Below the pieces are notes generated by a model that was given only the letters and a program-made list of their open reading frames with translations, did not search any database and had not been told where the DNA came from. Source: Eledone cirrhosa (Eukaryota). Taken from it: 64,000 bases of DNA. Position 1 is the stretch's first letter, and each line of letters starts with the position of its first letter. Of this stretch, positions 46,431 to 60,699 are shown piece by piece. The stretch spans positions 307,954,001-308,018,000 of the forward strand of contig OZ024742.1 in the NCBI GenBank assembly GCA_964016885.1, in the 5' to 3' direction. A program made the position numbers and the translations under genes.

Positions 46431-48539
46431 CATTTCGCTATGTTTAAAGTATATTTTGAGATTTCAAGTTATACGTATTTTATAAGTATATTCGAAACAG
46501 TATGCCGTTTATTTATAAGCAGTTATTTAAAAGATACATGTGTACACTTCAATGAAGAGATTGTTAAGTGTAGGTCGTTTATATTTAAGCATTTACTTCA
46601 ACGTAAATATACATATGCAAGAGAATTATACATCTCATTTCAACAAATGTTTGAACATGTTTGCTATTGCTATACTAGTCATTCACCCAGAGAGCAGGTA
46701 TCGTGAGTTTCCTCAGTTGTACCTACTGTTCATTCTGTTCTAATGTGATAGAATATATTTCTAGTAATAGCGGCAAAGGGCTGAGAGGCCAGATTTAACT
46801 CTACCTTATTCACAATGTATGTATTATAATTTATTCAGAAGACGAGTGATCGTCCATTGAAACACAACATACTCCCTTGTAGAAACGGAAAGTATAATTG
46901 AAGACATACAACTTGATACATCACAGATACGTGATGCTAATGAGGAGGGAACAGCTTTTAGTATGAACCTTCGCCCGTTACGGCTCATTTGGGGATAAAT
47001 AGCACCAGGTTAACTATGCATATTTGTAGTATAGAATATAACTTCCCCAAGTAAATGTTTCAGCATTTAATCTAACATCCCTTGAGTCCAAACTCCATAT
47101 ACGATTCCGAATTAGTGATAATATTATATAGCATATAGCGTTTGGCTATATCTTTAAGACGTCGGTTTTAAATCATCGGCATTTGTTCCAGTTCACTCGA
47201 CTCTGAGTTGAAATCCCACCGTGGTCAAACTTACCCCTTATAATGTGGGTATCAATAAATGAAAAAATAAAATATCAATCCAACGACGATGGACTCGTAG
47301 AATTCGTAAATAATCGGACAAGGGGATTGGTAGTACCTGATCTGATTATATGCGTTCTGAGATCAAACCTCGCTTCTTCCAGCCAGAAGTTGCGATCGGC
47401 ATCTGTTTACCAGCAAAATATTGCTTTTTTGGTCTAATCTAACAATCGACTTCTTTCCATTACTTTCCATGTGGTATTTATATGTAATTTAGCACCAGCA
47501 GTCCTTTGATAAAAGACGTCTCTTTTGTATTATGTAGGAATATATTGCGTAACTATGATGTATTTATATTAAATAGTGAGGGGGATGTGGTATTTATTTC
47601 TGACGAGTCGCTTCCAAGTTCTGCACCCAACCAACTTGTAACTGCTGTTGTTGATGTCGAAAGCAGTGATGGTGAATGTGGTGATGATAGAGATGGTGGT
47701 GGTGTTGTTGGAGGTGGCTTTTGTGATGGATTTCATTTTGCTAGTGATGTTATTTTTTGTTTTTGTTGCTATAAGTTTTGTTTACATCGTCGTCTACGTT
47801 GTTGTTGTTGTCCAGCCAAAGATCAGCACTGGTTGAAAAGTGTATGGGTACATAGTTAATCGGCTAAACGACGAGGCATGACCTACAGATCCATCTTCCA
47901 TATAATCCGTGTCTACGCCACCAGAGGAACTATACCACATTCCGAAATGAATTTTCTTTTGTGCAGAACCTAGAATAAACGCTATTTGCACCAACATTTA
48001 AATTTACAAAAACTTAAAGCTGGACGAAATTATAATAATTCTACACCCCGATAAAATCCCAAGCGGTGTTATTTTGTACAAGAACTTCATCTTCTTATGC
48101 CCCCACCACACACATACACAAAATCAAAGCACCATTTCAATCGACTGTACTCAATTTCCACAATACTCATTAGCCTTACCCAGAAAATACATGGTGATTT
48201 GAACAATAAAAACCTTACACTCTGGCATTCTTACTAAGATCGAAACAAACATAATTGTTGATCATGGTGGTTACCCTGAAATCAGCTCCTATCGAGTTAA
48301 GCTAAGATCAAAGGCATATTACCAGCCATGACTAGCTATTGCTTTAAGGCCTTTTGCAGCAGCAACCCCACAATATACACTTCCCTTACTTTAGGGTATA
48401 ATTAGAGAGGCTTGGTTGCTATTTTCTTTTCTTTCTTACTTTTTGTAGACCTTGTTGTGGACAATGAGTAGTTGAGAAGTTCGCTTCACAATCATAAACT
48501 TTCAGCTCAAACGTTATGAAAGAAATTTGATGCACGGGG

Positions 48540-49442
48540 AGTGTTTGGTAGTGGTGGTGGTGGTGGTTGTGGTGTTGGTGATTTTGCTGGTGTTGGTGGT
48601 TGTGTACTTGTTGTTTTTGATGGTGATTGTGTTGTGCTAGTTGCTGTGAGTAGTAGTTCTAAATGTGGTGGTTGTGGTGGTGGTGGTGGTGGTGGTGGTT
48701 GTGGAGGTGGTGGTGGTAGTAGTAGTACTGTTTTATTAGTTATGCCGGTGTTGTTCCTGCTGGTTATGTGGTGTAAGTGGTGGTTGTGGAGTTTCACATG
48801 CTGGTAGTGTTGGTGGTAATGGTGGTGCTTGCGATGTAACAGTGTTGTTGGTTTTAGTGGGGGAGGAGGATGTGGTAGTGGTGTCGCTGTTGTTGTTTTT
48901 GTTGATGGGGGTGCTGGTTGTAGTGGTGGTACTGTCGGTGTTCTATAAACTTTATACTGATGCAATAAATGTGAAGGTCAATATATTAGATAAATTATAA
49001 TATAGTGATCTAGCGGCATTCTTTTGAAGTGATGATAGGCAATTGATGCTAGAGGTATGGTGTTTCCATTGACGTAACAACAGCACCATCATCAGCAGTA
49101 GCAGCAGCAGTAGCAGCAGCGGCAGGATTAGCAATTACAAGCAGTGTGAATAATTGTAGTAGCTGAAGCATTATTATTATTATTCGGTGGATTGGCTGTA
49201 TCGATATGGCGTCTGAGAGCATGCTTTGCGGCAAAGAGTTACGGTCCTTTACTTTCTGCGTTAGCTTTGCCTTTTATTTTTACGGAGTCGTTTTATCTTT
49301 TCATAATGTACCAGTAACGTACTGAGGTAGATTTAATTGATTTTCCCCTCCCCTTTAGCCTTGTGCCTAAAGTAGAAACAGTTATTCATATTATTCTTGT
49401 GTCATTTCGTTTAGATCAGTCCTGTTTCTCTATTGACGGGTT

Positions 49443-49499
<57 letters not shown>

Positions 49500-49507
49500 A
49501 AGTAGTA

Positions 49508-49538
<31 letters not shown>

Positions 49539-50060
49539 AAGTAGTAGTAGTAAGGTAGTAGCAGTGATGGTGGCAGTTGTGTGGTGGTAATAATGGTGTG
49601 AAGGTGGTGATGGTTGCTGTAGTTATGGTGGGCGTAGTGTTGGTGTTGTAGTGGTCATGTTTATGGTTGTTATTGTGTGACTGGTAGAATTCAGATAACA
49701 GAATGGCGGATGTAGTTACATTTATAAGTAACATTTATTCTCTCACCGAGTTCCTTCATACAATAGAAACAATTTTTTTCTGAATAAAAACAACTCATGA
49801 CGTGCAACATGCATTTCACTTAGCAGCTTACACTGCCAACAGTGCAGCTATGGTGGTATTGTTGCATCTCCTACAGTAATTGCATTTCTTCAATAGGCAA
49901 CTACTATTGTTACTGCTGCAGCTGCAGCTCTTATTATATGTTGTTACTGGTGCTGCTGCTGCTGCTAATGTTTCGTGCTGCTGCTAACGTCTTATGCTGC
50001 TGCTATCTGGTGTTGCTGTTGTTGCTGCGGCTCATCCCCGAGGTTGCTGCAACCCCTGTT
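48540..50060. repeat. Cluster of decayed trinucleotide repeats (GGT, GTT, CAG, AGT, GCT)
   Basis: Direct reading. Confidence 0.9.
49185..49380 (+). mobile_element. SINE family 1, diverged
   Basis: CGGTGGATTGGC...TTTGCCTTTTA...CTTGTGCCTAAAGTAGAAACA. Other old copies at about 41280-41430 (-) and 47150-47285 (+). Confidence 0.75.
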
Positions 50061-50242
50061 GTTGATGCAACTCACAGCAAAATATTTGGTCAGTTTATCT
50101 AAATATCTAGACGTGATTTGCTCATGAAACCGCCGGCAGATCGAAGTTTAGTGAAACTTATTATTAATATAAATATTCAACTTCAACATGATGTATTAAT
50201 TGCTCTTTTCCATCGTGTGTACCTAAACACCCAATAGTATGT

Positions 50243-50307
<65 letters not shown>

Positions 50308-50449
50308 CAAAGAGATATTTAATTTGTTGGTTATTCAACAAATTTATTTATAACAGATTCGAAACACTCTACAAGTTTTCTGGAGTATAATATCAACGAT
50401 ATTAATAAATGGTTTCTTGGGTATATCAACATTTATAAAACACATTTTG

Positions 50450-50510
50450 TATTATATCTGATGAGAGCGTAACCAAAATGTTGTACCCTTGAAATATATA
50501 TAATAAAATA
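50450..50510 (+). ncRNA. Decayed type I hammerhead
   Basis: UAUUAUAU-CUGAUGA-GAGCGUA...UACCCUU-GAAA-U-AUAU-AUA-AUAAAAUA, with one mismatch each in helices I and II. Confidence 0.6.
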
Positions 50511-50577
50511 AACATGGTTTTATAAATATAGTTTCCATTTATTAATATCATTGATATATACATATAGATAGATAGAT

Positions 50578-50656
50578 ACCAGGTGGACCAAAACGCACCA
50601 GAGTACGGATCTAGCTGTCGAAACGGCAGGAGCTCAGCCGTCGGAGTCCTGACTCT

Positions 50657-50662
<6 letters not shown>
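50578..50662. mobile_element. Tiny inverted remnant of the PLE family A pLTR
   Basis: ACCAGGTGGACCA..ACGCACCAGAGTAC joined to TAGCTGTCGAAACGGC..GAGCTCAGCCGTCGG. Confidence 0.75.
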
Positions 50663-50727
<65 letters not shown>

Positions 50728-52214
50728 CACATATATATATATGTATATTGGTAATACTGGTAATAAGGTAGTAATAAATTACTGACCTTCCCTGTTTATA
50801 GTTGTTTATAGTTTAAAATATACATAACTATAAATAGTATCCTTAATATTATATATGTATATATATTAATTAAAAAGTAATTAGTCTATAATACTTAAAC
50901 ATCTCAATTAATTGATATAATATATATATATAAGATAACACTAAGAGAAGCAATATTACATATTAAATTTAAGCAAAAAAAAACCCTTCTATTTACGGTA
51001 GTATAAGCTAGACAGACAAAAGTAAGTTAGTCTCATTCATATAAACATATCCCGAGAATGTTCTCGCACAAGGAAGAAGCAACAGGTTATTACAAATTAT
51101 TGGAATAACCCATATTGGAAGAATCGGTGGTACTCTTCCGAGGAATTATCCTTCAAATCAAGAAGCTATATGGATTATAGTCCTAGATATACAAAAAAAT
51201 AAACGTGATGGCCATAGTTAGATTGCCTTTGAGTGCGCATATACTCGTGCAGAACTTATTTGAAGCTAAATAATAAAATCAACAATCAATTGTTACGGTG
51301 TAATTACGTAAAGATTATCAATTAGGCAATTTCGTAATTATATAAACCATCACAGGTCATATCATTCTGCGATGCTAATCAAGTGCATTAATAGATTATC
51401 AATGCTATATCCATTATCAGATCAACAGCATATATTACTATTAAATGGCCATTAAAATATAAAATATTATCACAAAATATGTATATCTGATAATTAGCAG
51501 AATACCATTTGTACATGCGGATATTAACATGGTTTCATATACGGCTTTGTTATAGACCGAACGGAAGCACAAAGGATCATTTTGAAGAACTCCAAGATTG
51601 TGAGAAGAGGTTTTATGACCGGAAAACTACCTAGACTTCTTGAAGAACGTTTACACGTTGAAAATATTAAATCAGGAAAAGGGATTGTGTCTGCCACTGA
51701 AGTAAAGAATGCCTCCTCCGTTTGGTTTCTTTGCAGCTTTCGTCAAATATATTTCGTTCAAAAGCTTTTGGTCGATATGAAGCTAGGATGGTACAAGCGA
51801 ACACTATATCAAGTAATTATGAAGCGGTCTTTCTAAACAAATAGCCATGACACTACTCACACGGATCATTAATCTGTATAGATTTAAATATCTCGTAGTA
51901 TTGAATGAATTTGGAATACATTCTTCTGTTCTTGTTCATTGCCTTTCAATCTCTCATCCTCTTGCGACAGTTTCATAGCGTCTTATCAAAATGTCGTTAT
52001 AAGTATATCAAACAACAATCAATCACAGTAACAGATAGCTATTTAATATATATACATAACAAGGTATACACTATTCAAATCACTGTATTTATATTTATAT
52101 CACGATTTCAGTTTTTTTTTTCTCCAGCAGTCCAAAGAAGTTGTCTTTTAAACCAATTTATTTATATCGTTGATAAAATTAAAGCCACGATTATTGATCT
52201 GCACTCACGTTTCT

Positions 52215-52269
<55 letters not shown>

Positions 52270-52789
52270 GCGTGTGCGTGTGTGCGCGCGTGTAATATAT
52301 ATATATATATACATACACATTTACAAACACACAAACACACACAAACATATATATATATAAGTATATATATAATGTTTGTTAACTTATGAAACATTGGGAA
52401 ATTCAGAAAACATGGCCACCAGAGTGCAGATAACTACAATAATAGTTGATAAATCGGACAGAGTTGCCCCCGGAGAAATAAAATGCTGTACAGGGACGCG
52501 TACGGAAAATCGAATTACGCCCCTCTCTCATGCCGAACAAGGCCGTTCTCTCGTTAAGTCAGACAAGCTTTGAACGTTAATAACATTCTTTAAAAGTGTG
52601 TAACTAGATGTGTTAAAAAAAGACTTGTTGACTTAAGATGCGTTCAGAAATTTGACATTGGAAAGCATAGTCGGCACATTTTGCAGATAATAAAAATGAT
52701 ATTTAGTAATTCGGGAGACGTACCCTTGGAGACAGTAACTGTTATAAACTATAGATAAATTTCAAGAACATGCACAAAAATACACACAC

Positions 52790-52834
<45 letters not shown>

Positions 52835-53196
52835 GTAAGTATGTATGCGTACGCGTTTGTGTGTGTGGTTATACGAGGCGGTTAATTCTTTCTAGCTAGC
52901 TAACTCTCTATCTATTTCCTATATTCATACATATATATTTACCAGTGCTTTATTTTATGTTTAACATATATAGAGTTTAATGCATCTGTCTCTAACATTC
53001 TTTTCAAAGTAAAGATAGTCGCATCACATGCCATGTATGCAAATATATGCAAAGATATGTAAATGTTAATGCAATAACATGCGTCGTATAAATGCATCTC
53101 AGACGTTGATGCAGCTGTGTGAATAGTTAGTAAACTTCATTTACTGATATTGACACGAACGCATGCGCAAGCATGATTATCATTATCATTTCATTT

Positions 53197-53305
<109 letters not shown>

Positions 53306-53315
53306 ATATATAAAC

Positions 53316-53365
<50 letters not shown>

Positions 53366-53385
53366 ATATACATATATATATATAC

Positions 53386-53416
<31 letters not shown>

Positions 53417-53478
53417 TCCATATATATATATATATACATCTCTCCATGTATCAAGTAGACACATATTTAGTCGTCTCG

Positions 53479-53548
<70 letters not shown>

Positions 53549-53794
53549 TAGACACGCACACAGGCACATATGCATATACACACATATATATATATATATT
53601 ATATTTCACTTACACATAATGAATATGATTGTTGCTGATCAGTCTAAAGTCTAAAATATTCATCTGAAGATGATTCAATCCGCTAAATCCCAGGTCAACA
53701 CGTTCTTTCATGCAAAGGTAAACAGGTTTAGCCACGCCTGAGAGAATTAATTTAGCAAGAAAATTCGAACAACGACGGCGTGAATCACCAACCA

Positions 53795-53828
<34 letters not shown>

Positions 53829-53854
53829 GTTTGTGTGTGTTTTTGTGTGTAATA

Positions 53855-53893
<39 letters not shown>

Positions 53894-53894
53894 G

Positions 53895-53926
<32 letters not shown>

Positions 53927-53944
53927 GAGGGAGAGAGAGAGTCT

Positions 53945-54100
53945 GCGGTGCTGAGACCGAGGGGACCACTAAATATGTGTGTACTTGATACATGGGGAAA
54001 TGTAGAGTGGGTGTAGAGATGTGTAGAATCCCGACCGCGGCGCCAAGTGGTTTCGACTTTTGTGTTCCACACAAGCCGAAACCGCTCGGTGCCGGAATTA
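53945..54100 (-). mobile_element. Snap-back remnant of a pLTR related to family A (3' half of a hammerhead)
   Basis: Minus strand GTC-GAAA-CCAC-TTGGCGCC-GCG-GTC-GGGAT...CCCACTCTAC...TATCAAGTAC...TGGTCC parallels the family A tail. Hairpin at 54041-54093. Confidence 0.6.
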
Positions 54101-54949
54101 TTTTCGCATTATTAAATCTCAATGACGAAATAGGGTAACTGTTTAGACCATAACAGTATGGCGAGAGAGAATACAAGATTTTAATGAATAAACAGGAAAA
54201 TTACCCGAGGACGCTTCCTGCATCAGAACGTATGATAAAAATGGGCGTATCATAGTCCTGAGATGATATTGAAGAGAACAAATTTATTAAACGTCTATAT
54301 CCGTTTAATTTTATCCCAAAACTGCAATGTTTATTGAGAAAACTACCAGAAGTCTAATTTCCGTACGTTGTCCTTAAGGGAATGTGAAAAAGCATCTTCA
54401 GTAGATCTCGCGGACAATGCATTTTTCTTTCAAGAGAGGCGAAAGTTCAAATGCACCAATCTGACTATTTGTTAACTATAAATAGGCACGATGGCCATGC
54501 CTTTATATATAACTTCGATAGTGTATGCCCTTATCTCCTCTGCCCAATTTTTCAGGGAAAGGTTTCTATTAACATATCTTTGTATGAGACTGATCACTGC
54601 TCACAAGCTCACCCCAGTTCCTATCTCCAGCACAAACTAATTAAAAGAACCGCAGGTAAGAAATCCACTTCACTGATAAGCCTGGTCCTGGCTTTCGAAG
54701 TACTCAGTTTAAAGTTGAATAAATAGTCCTGAATAATATGTGCTCTTGTTTCCACCTTGTATTACATCAGTTTGATACTAACCACTTCGAATGGAAGTTC
54801 ACTTAAACTAATCTAACCGTATATCCATTGTTCAAGAGCAAAGGTTACAAGAGCATTGACAGAAGACGGTATTGATGGAGTAAGTGTGTAAACCGACTTT
54901 CTACCGTTACCTCTTCTGTTTCTCTTTTTCTTCTCATGTTTCTCTTTGT

Positions 54950-55024
<75 letters not shown>

Positions 55025-55310
55025 CCTGCTTGTATACGTTTTCTTTCTATCCTCCTTTTCTGCAATACTTACGCCCCCCCCCCCCCATTGTTAATTAGAT
55101 CTTCATGCATTCTTGCGGCTTTTGTTTCTGCAACCAACTTTCTTTCTTCTTATGACAGTCGTAGTGTATAAAATATGTTTAGGTATAATACATAAGCATA
55201 AGTCTTACTGTAAGTATAATCAATTCTAATCATGTCAGACCTACCTCAGTAACTATTTCAGAACGCCATGATCACAGATTTAATTGATTACTGCAAGACT
55301 TGTGTATGTT

Positions 55311-55720
55311 CAACCTTGGCCTTTCATCCTTACGGGGTCGATAAAATAGGTTTATATATAATTGTCTCTATTTTTGGCACAAGGCTAGCAATTATCCCAG
55401 TGTATTACTGGTACTTTATTTTATCGACCCCGTAAGGATGAAAGGCAAAGTTAAGCTCAAATCCCGCCGAGGTTAACTTTGCCTTTCATCCTTACGGGGT
55501 CGATAAAAGAAAGTACCAGTAATACACTGGGGTAATTGCTAGCCTTGTGCCAAAAGTAGAAACAATTATATATAAACATATTTTATCGACCCCGTAAGGA
55601 TGAAAGGCCAAGGTTAACTTTGCCTTTCATTCTTACGGGGTCGATAAAATAAAGTACCAGAAATATACTGGGATAATTGCTGGCCTTGTGCCAAAAGTAG
55701 AAACAATTATATATAAACAT
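55311..55720. repeat. Palindromic concatemer of five SINE family 1 fragments in alternating orientation
   Basis: 55311-55455 is the reverse complement of about 55472-55616, and a further plus-strand 3' half follows. Confidence 0.88.
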
Positions 55721-56423
55721 ATTGTATATGCTTTCATATAAGAATTTGTTCTAAATCACGCTATATTAGTACTACTGCTAATTGTTACCATTCCTTCAAG
55801 CCACTACTGCAGGCTATTAAGCCTGCCTAAAATGTATTTGCTAAATCTCTATATTAGAAGCTTTCGTTTTCTTGCCTCTGTCCCAGATGTATAAACGTAA
55901 CTGATGATAGATAAATTACTCTGAAATACCATAGGATTTCGCATTACCATACATTTACTAAGGTTGCTTTAAATACAGCGAGATTCATGTATGTTTATTA
56001 TACAATATATGATTCCATTTACCAGTGCTATTCTAAATCATGCTCTATTAGTGCTACTGCTTAGACACGAACATCACACACACACACACACGCACACGCC
56101 CCCCCCCCCCCCCCCCACACACACACACGCACACAGGCACACAGGCACACAGGCACACAGATAGATAGATCGGTATGGTGAACTAACTGTTGTGTAACCA
56201 CTTCTACATAACTCGCGCCATGGACTGAGTGCTCTACCACTACGGATATTACCTTCCAGTGTTCTACCACTATATACGTCTCCAGCAACGGTCAACAGAT
56301 TCTTTTCACTACATAGAAGTTTGGCTTTTAGCAGATTCTTCACGTGCAAGTTTGGCTTCCTACCCTGTGAGCGCTCTCTATATCCTCGTGTCCTACACAA
56401 TTTTGTGTCTCATCAACGTCAGA

Positions 56424-58498
56424 ATGGATTTATACGAACTGGATTACTCCCTGAAGAACATTCCCACTCCCTCCAACCATGTTTACCAAAAGCTTCTCCT
56501 ACAAAAAGCGGAAGATGTCGTCAGACGCTTAAGATGGCGAGCCCTAGCTTTTGACGGCAACATTACAGGCACCAGTAACACCTTCAACCTGAAATCGAGA
56601 GCCTACCCTCCTAAGGTAACTGAACTTGCTCCTTTCAAAGCGGACCTTCTCGACTTAGTCGCTAACATTTCCTTTCGCAAACACCTTAAAACCTTTTAAA
56701 CTAAACTTAGGAATGATATTAAGAAATTTAGGTCTTCCAATAACACTTTCGTTCTTTCTGACAAAACTAATAATATTTACGAAGTCGACAACATCACTTA
56801 CAACCACTTCGTCCATAACGCTATTACTTCCAAATATAAGAAAGATAACCCTATGGCCTACCACGGCATTAATATAGAAGCCAAAGAACTTGCCGCCGCC
56901 CTTAAGTTAGATAAGAAGCTACAATCTCTAGCTAAGCGGGAGGTGTTCCTCACCCTGAAAGATCATAGGGTAGACTTTACTTCTAACCCCACATGTACCC
57001 GGCACGCACAGATATGGGACTAGTCAGTGAGGCCATACTTAGAAACATAGTTAAGACCATTAGGACCAAGTCCAACTTGTCCCAGTGGTAGAAAAGCGAC
57101 TTCGTAATTAAGTGGTTTAACTCCTTCAAATTCGAAAAAGCGACATTGTTCATTTTTACCCATCGATCTCAGAGACCCTGTTAAACAAAGCGTTTGACTT
57201 TGCTACGATTACACTACCGTCCATGGTTTAGACAGGGAAATCATCGCTCACTGCTGGAAAACTCTCCTCTTCAACAACGGAGTAGCCTGGGAAAAGAAGT
57301 CAACAACTTCAGACCTGTTCGACGTCTCCATGAGATCGTTTGACAGTGCTGACGTATGCGACTTGGTTGGCCTATTTATTTTAGACATATTACGTGTTAG
57401 AATCAGGGACTCCCAAACGGGAATATACCGCGACGATGGACTGACCTTATCGAGCCATAAAAGTGGTCACGACCTCGACCCGTTTAAAAACTACTTAGCT
57501 TCTACCTTCAATGAGTTAGGACTTAGGATAACAGTAGCTACCAGCCTCTCTACCATAGATTTCTTAGACATTAATTTAGGCCTTCGCAAGCACACCTGTT
57601 CCATAAGCTTAACGAAAAACTGAATTACGTTCACAGGGACTCATGCCACCCGCCACTGTTTTTAGAAACTTCGTAAATAATATCAGTACTAAAATCTCAA
57701 ACCTCTCTTCTAATAAAGCTATCTTTGACAGAGCGGCACCCTACTATAACACAGCGTTAGCTAACAGCGGCTTCTCGCAACCTATCACTTACTCTCCCAC
57801 TAACAACAACACCAATAAGAAAAGAAAGCGTAACAATAGACAAACTATCTGGTTCTCTCCTCCATTCTTACTCAACGTTAAAACCAATGTAGGCAAAACA
57901 TTTCTAGCCCTCTTAGATAGTCACTTTCCCATAATTCATAAATACCGCTCCATCTTTAACCGACACAAAGTAAAACTAGGATAGTCCTGCGCTAAGAACA
58001 TGAAGGCCCACATCACCAAGAGCTCTAAGAGCAACACCCCACCAGGGTGCTCTTGCCGTAAGCCCGAAGCTTGTCCACTTCAAAAGCAATGCAACACACC
58101 CGCTGTAGTTTATGAAGCTCTGGTCACCTCCAACCGACCAAATCAACCACAGCAGGTCAAATCCTATGTAGGTATGGCGGTGGGCCGATTTAAGGATCGC
58201 TTCCTGGACCACCAGTCGACCTTTAGGTACTCGGACAGACGTTCATCCACGAAACTCGCGAGCCACGAATGGTCCCTCAAGGACTTAAATATAGACTACT
58301 CCATTCAATGGAAAGCCATCGCTAATTTCCAAGCCATACGCAAGGGGCAATCCGTCGTTTGGACTATGTATTGATGAACGAATAAGTATTCTAAAGAGAT
58401 TAAGCAATAACGATTGCCTAAACTCAAGAAATGAATTATTCCCACGTTGTCCACACGTCTGGAAACACCTCTTACATAACTACAAAGCTCCGGTTTGA
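56424..58498 (+). pseudogene. PLE RT-GIY-YIG polyprotein with multiple stops and frameshifts
   Basis: Pieces in ORFs 56229-56699, 57330-57623, 57643-57984 and 58000-58374, plus the terminal GLCIDER...CLNSRNELFPRCPH. Confidence 0.88.
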
Positions 58499-58660
58499 AT
58501 TACAACAACATCCTAATTTTCTTATCAACTAGAAACTTTCAGACTTTCGCAGTTATCTCCTTTACACCTCTCGCACGCAATTTAGTATTGCCTGAGGGAA
58601 GTAACCGATTCTGTGCATGCGCGTTCGTACAGTTTTCCTTCCTGTTCCGTATAACTATGT

Positions 58661-58710
58661 CCATTACGAGCTGAAGATCCGCTAAGGTGAAACATTTGTT
58701 CTCGGTATGG
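58661..58710 (+). ncRNA. Minimal type I hammerhead in the 3' pLTR
   Basis: CCAU-UA-CGAG-CUGAAGA-U-CC-GCUAA-GG-U-GAAA-C-AUUU-GUU-CUCG-GU-AUGG. Predicted cut after 58700. Confidence 0.8.
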
Positions 58711-60212
58711 TGAACTAACTGTTGTGTAACCACTTCTACCTAACTCGTCACATGGACTGAGTGCTCTACCACTACGGATATTACCTTCCAGTGTTATACC
58801 ACTATATATATTTATACAGGATATTCGTAGATAAATGACAAGAAAAAATGGTAAATCTAGTACAAGAGAGCTTGTTTTGTTTATATTTAAATTCATACAC
58901 TTAACACGTATACGACACCTTGTGATCCGGTTTCCGGTTATGACTACTACTGTATAGAGAAGTGATCGTTCTAAAACTGGTGGCTCTCGCCAGAGAGGTC
59001 AGTTCAGAACTACTTTCTAAATATGTATACCAATGAATAATTAGAACGCATGTAATATAATAGTGATATATGTTCTTTGAATGTTTGGTGTCGTTGATTG
59101 ATGTGACATTAAAACAGCATGTTTGCTATGACATTAAAGCAGCATGTTTGCCATTTTTGTGGCTAATTTTAGTGTCCTCTCCATTGATGCTTATCATTAG
59201 TTCGAATCAAACGTTCTCTACTTCATAAAATAGAAATTTGAAAATGAAAATAGAACAAAATTAAATGTGTGAGAATGATTAATACACCTACCGTATATGC
59301 CGAAAGGAATAGTGCCATTTAAGAAAAAGCTATTACTGTTTGAATTTTGTTTCATCAAAAGTGATAATTTACAAATTATACATTGAAATAGAAAACCAAA
59401 CATCGGAATCGGAAGTGTTGGCGTCTGCAACAGCTTTACCGCATCAAATGTCATTGATGTAGAGATAATTGAATTCAATATTGAACAGTATGATAAAAAA
59501 TGTCGTGTGATTGATCAATTTCCGGCAAAAATTCAAGTGCATATTCTAAGGAATTATTTTGAAAGAAGCAAAACAGCTGAATAGTTATTAGTGTAAATTA
59601 TTATGTGTCTAAACAATATTCCTTAGTATGAATAAATATAAAATGAGCATAGACACAATCTAAAGTCTGAAATCAGTCAAATAATAACATGTGTAACCAA
59701 ACGCTTTATAACCCATCAAATATTGCAGTAACAGAAATCAGTGTGCGCTAACTTGCATAATGCATTACCAGCCACGGTAAACAGTAATGATAGGTGAATT
59801 GGCACATCCAATTCGCTGTTACGGCCACATTGGAAAGGTATATGATGTATTTAGTTACGTACATACTTCTATAAAAGATGTGAGTGATGGAGATAGCTTA
59901 TGAAGCTAATTCCAGCACTTGTGTTAAACTGTTTTGCGAAAAAAAGTCGTTTATATGTTTACATGTTTAAATATCTCGTGGCTTCGGTTAGATCCGGCAC
60001 AATTTCTGAGCACATGAAACTCTCTATCTCTCTCTCTCTCTCCTCTGTCTCTCTCTCAATCTCTCTCTCCTCTCTCTCTCTCTCTCTCTTTCTTTTTCTA
60101 TACTCTCTCACCTCGCTATCCCTCTCTTTATCCCTCTCTCTCCCTTCTCACTCTCTTTTTCTCACACTATTTATCTCGAAATATATATATATATATATAC
60201 ATATATATACAA

Positions 60213-60342
60213 ACATACATACATACATACATAAAATTGCTATAGTTTATAAATGGAACACAATATTTGGTGGATTGTTCGTATATTATTTTAAAAGCAA
60301 ATGTGTGTGCTGCTTGAGTTTCTAGTTCTGAAATCATTCAAT

Positions 60343-60376
<34 letters not shown>

Positions 60377-60504
60377 TGAATGATTTCAGAACTAGAAACT
60401 CAAGCAGCACACACATTTGCTTTTAAAATAATATACGAACAATCCACCAAATATTGTGTTCCATTTATAAACTATAGCAATTTTATGTATGTATGTATGT
60501 ATGT
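60213..60504. repeat. Perfect inverted repeat with about 130-bp arms centred on (TA)n
   Basis: 60213-60344 is the reverse complement of 60373-60504. Confidence 0.93.
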
Positions 60505-60699
60505 ATGTATGTATGTATGTATGTATGTATGTATGTATGTATGTATGTATGCGTGTATGTATGTATGCACACACACACATATATATATATATATGTGTGT
60601 GAGTGAGTGTGTGTGCGTTTGTATCCAATCCATGATTGCTCCATTCAACTTTGGGACACTGCAAGAGTCTCTGCAGTAGTGGTGTTGAGTGCCCGCGCC

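Larger units (their letters stand above)
56170..58808 (+). mobile_element. Full-length but decayed PLE (YRDD-type, probably Hydra-like clade) with about 105-bp direct terminal repeats
   Basis: 56170-56276 is repeated at 58702-58808. N-terminus YSLKNIP...K.E...RRLRWRA, then DKTNNIY, TLKDH, FDVSM.SFDSADVCDLVG, GIYRDDGL, DFLDI, IWFSPPF, CSC..ACPL..C..VVY, SYVG. Confidence 0.93.

Noticed and set aside
48507-50102. Pro/His/Thr/Ser/Gly-rich ORFs resembling extensins or mucins
   Set aside because: They are translations of decayed trinucleotide repeats with no exon evidence.
55893-55942. CTGATGA-TAGA...TCT-GAAA hammerhead-like spacing
   Set aside because: Helices I and III pair poorly and there is no associated repeat structure.
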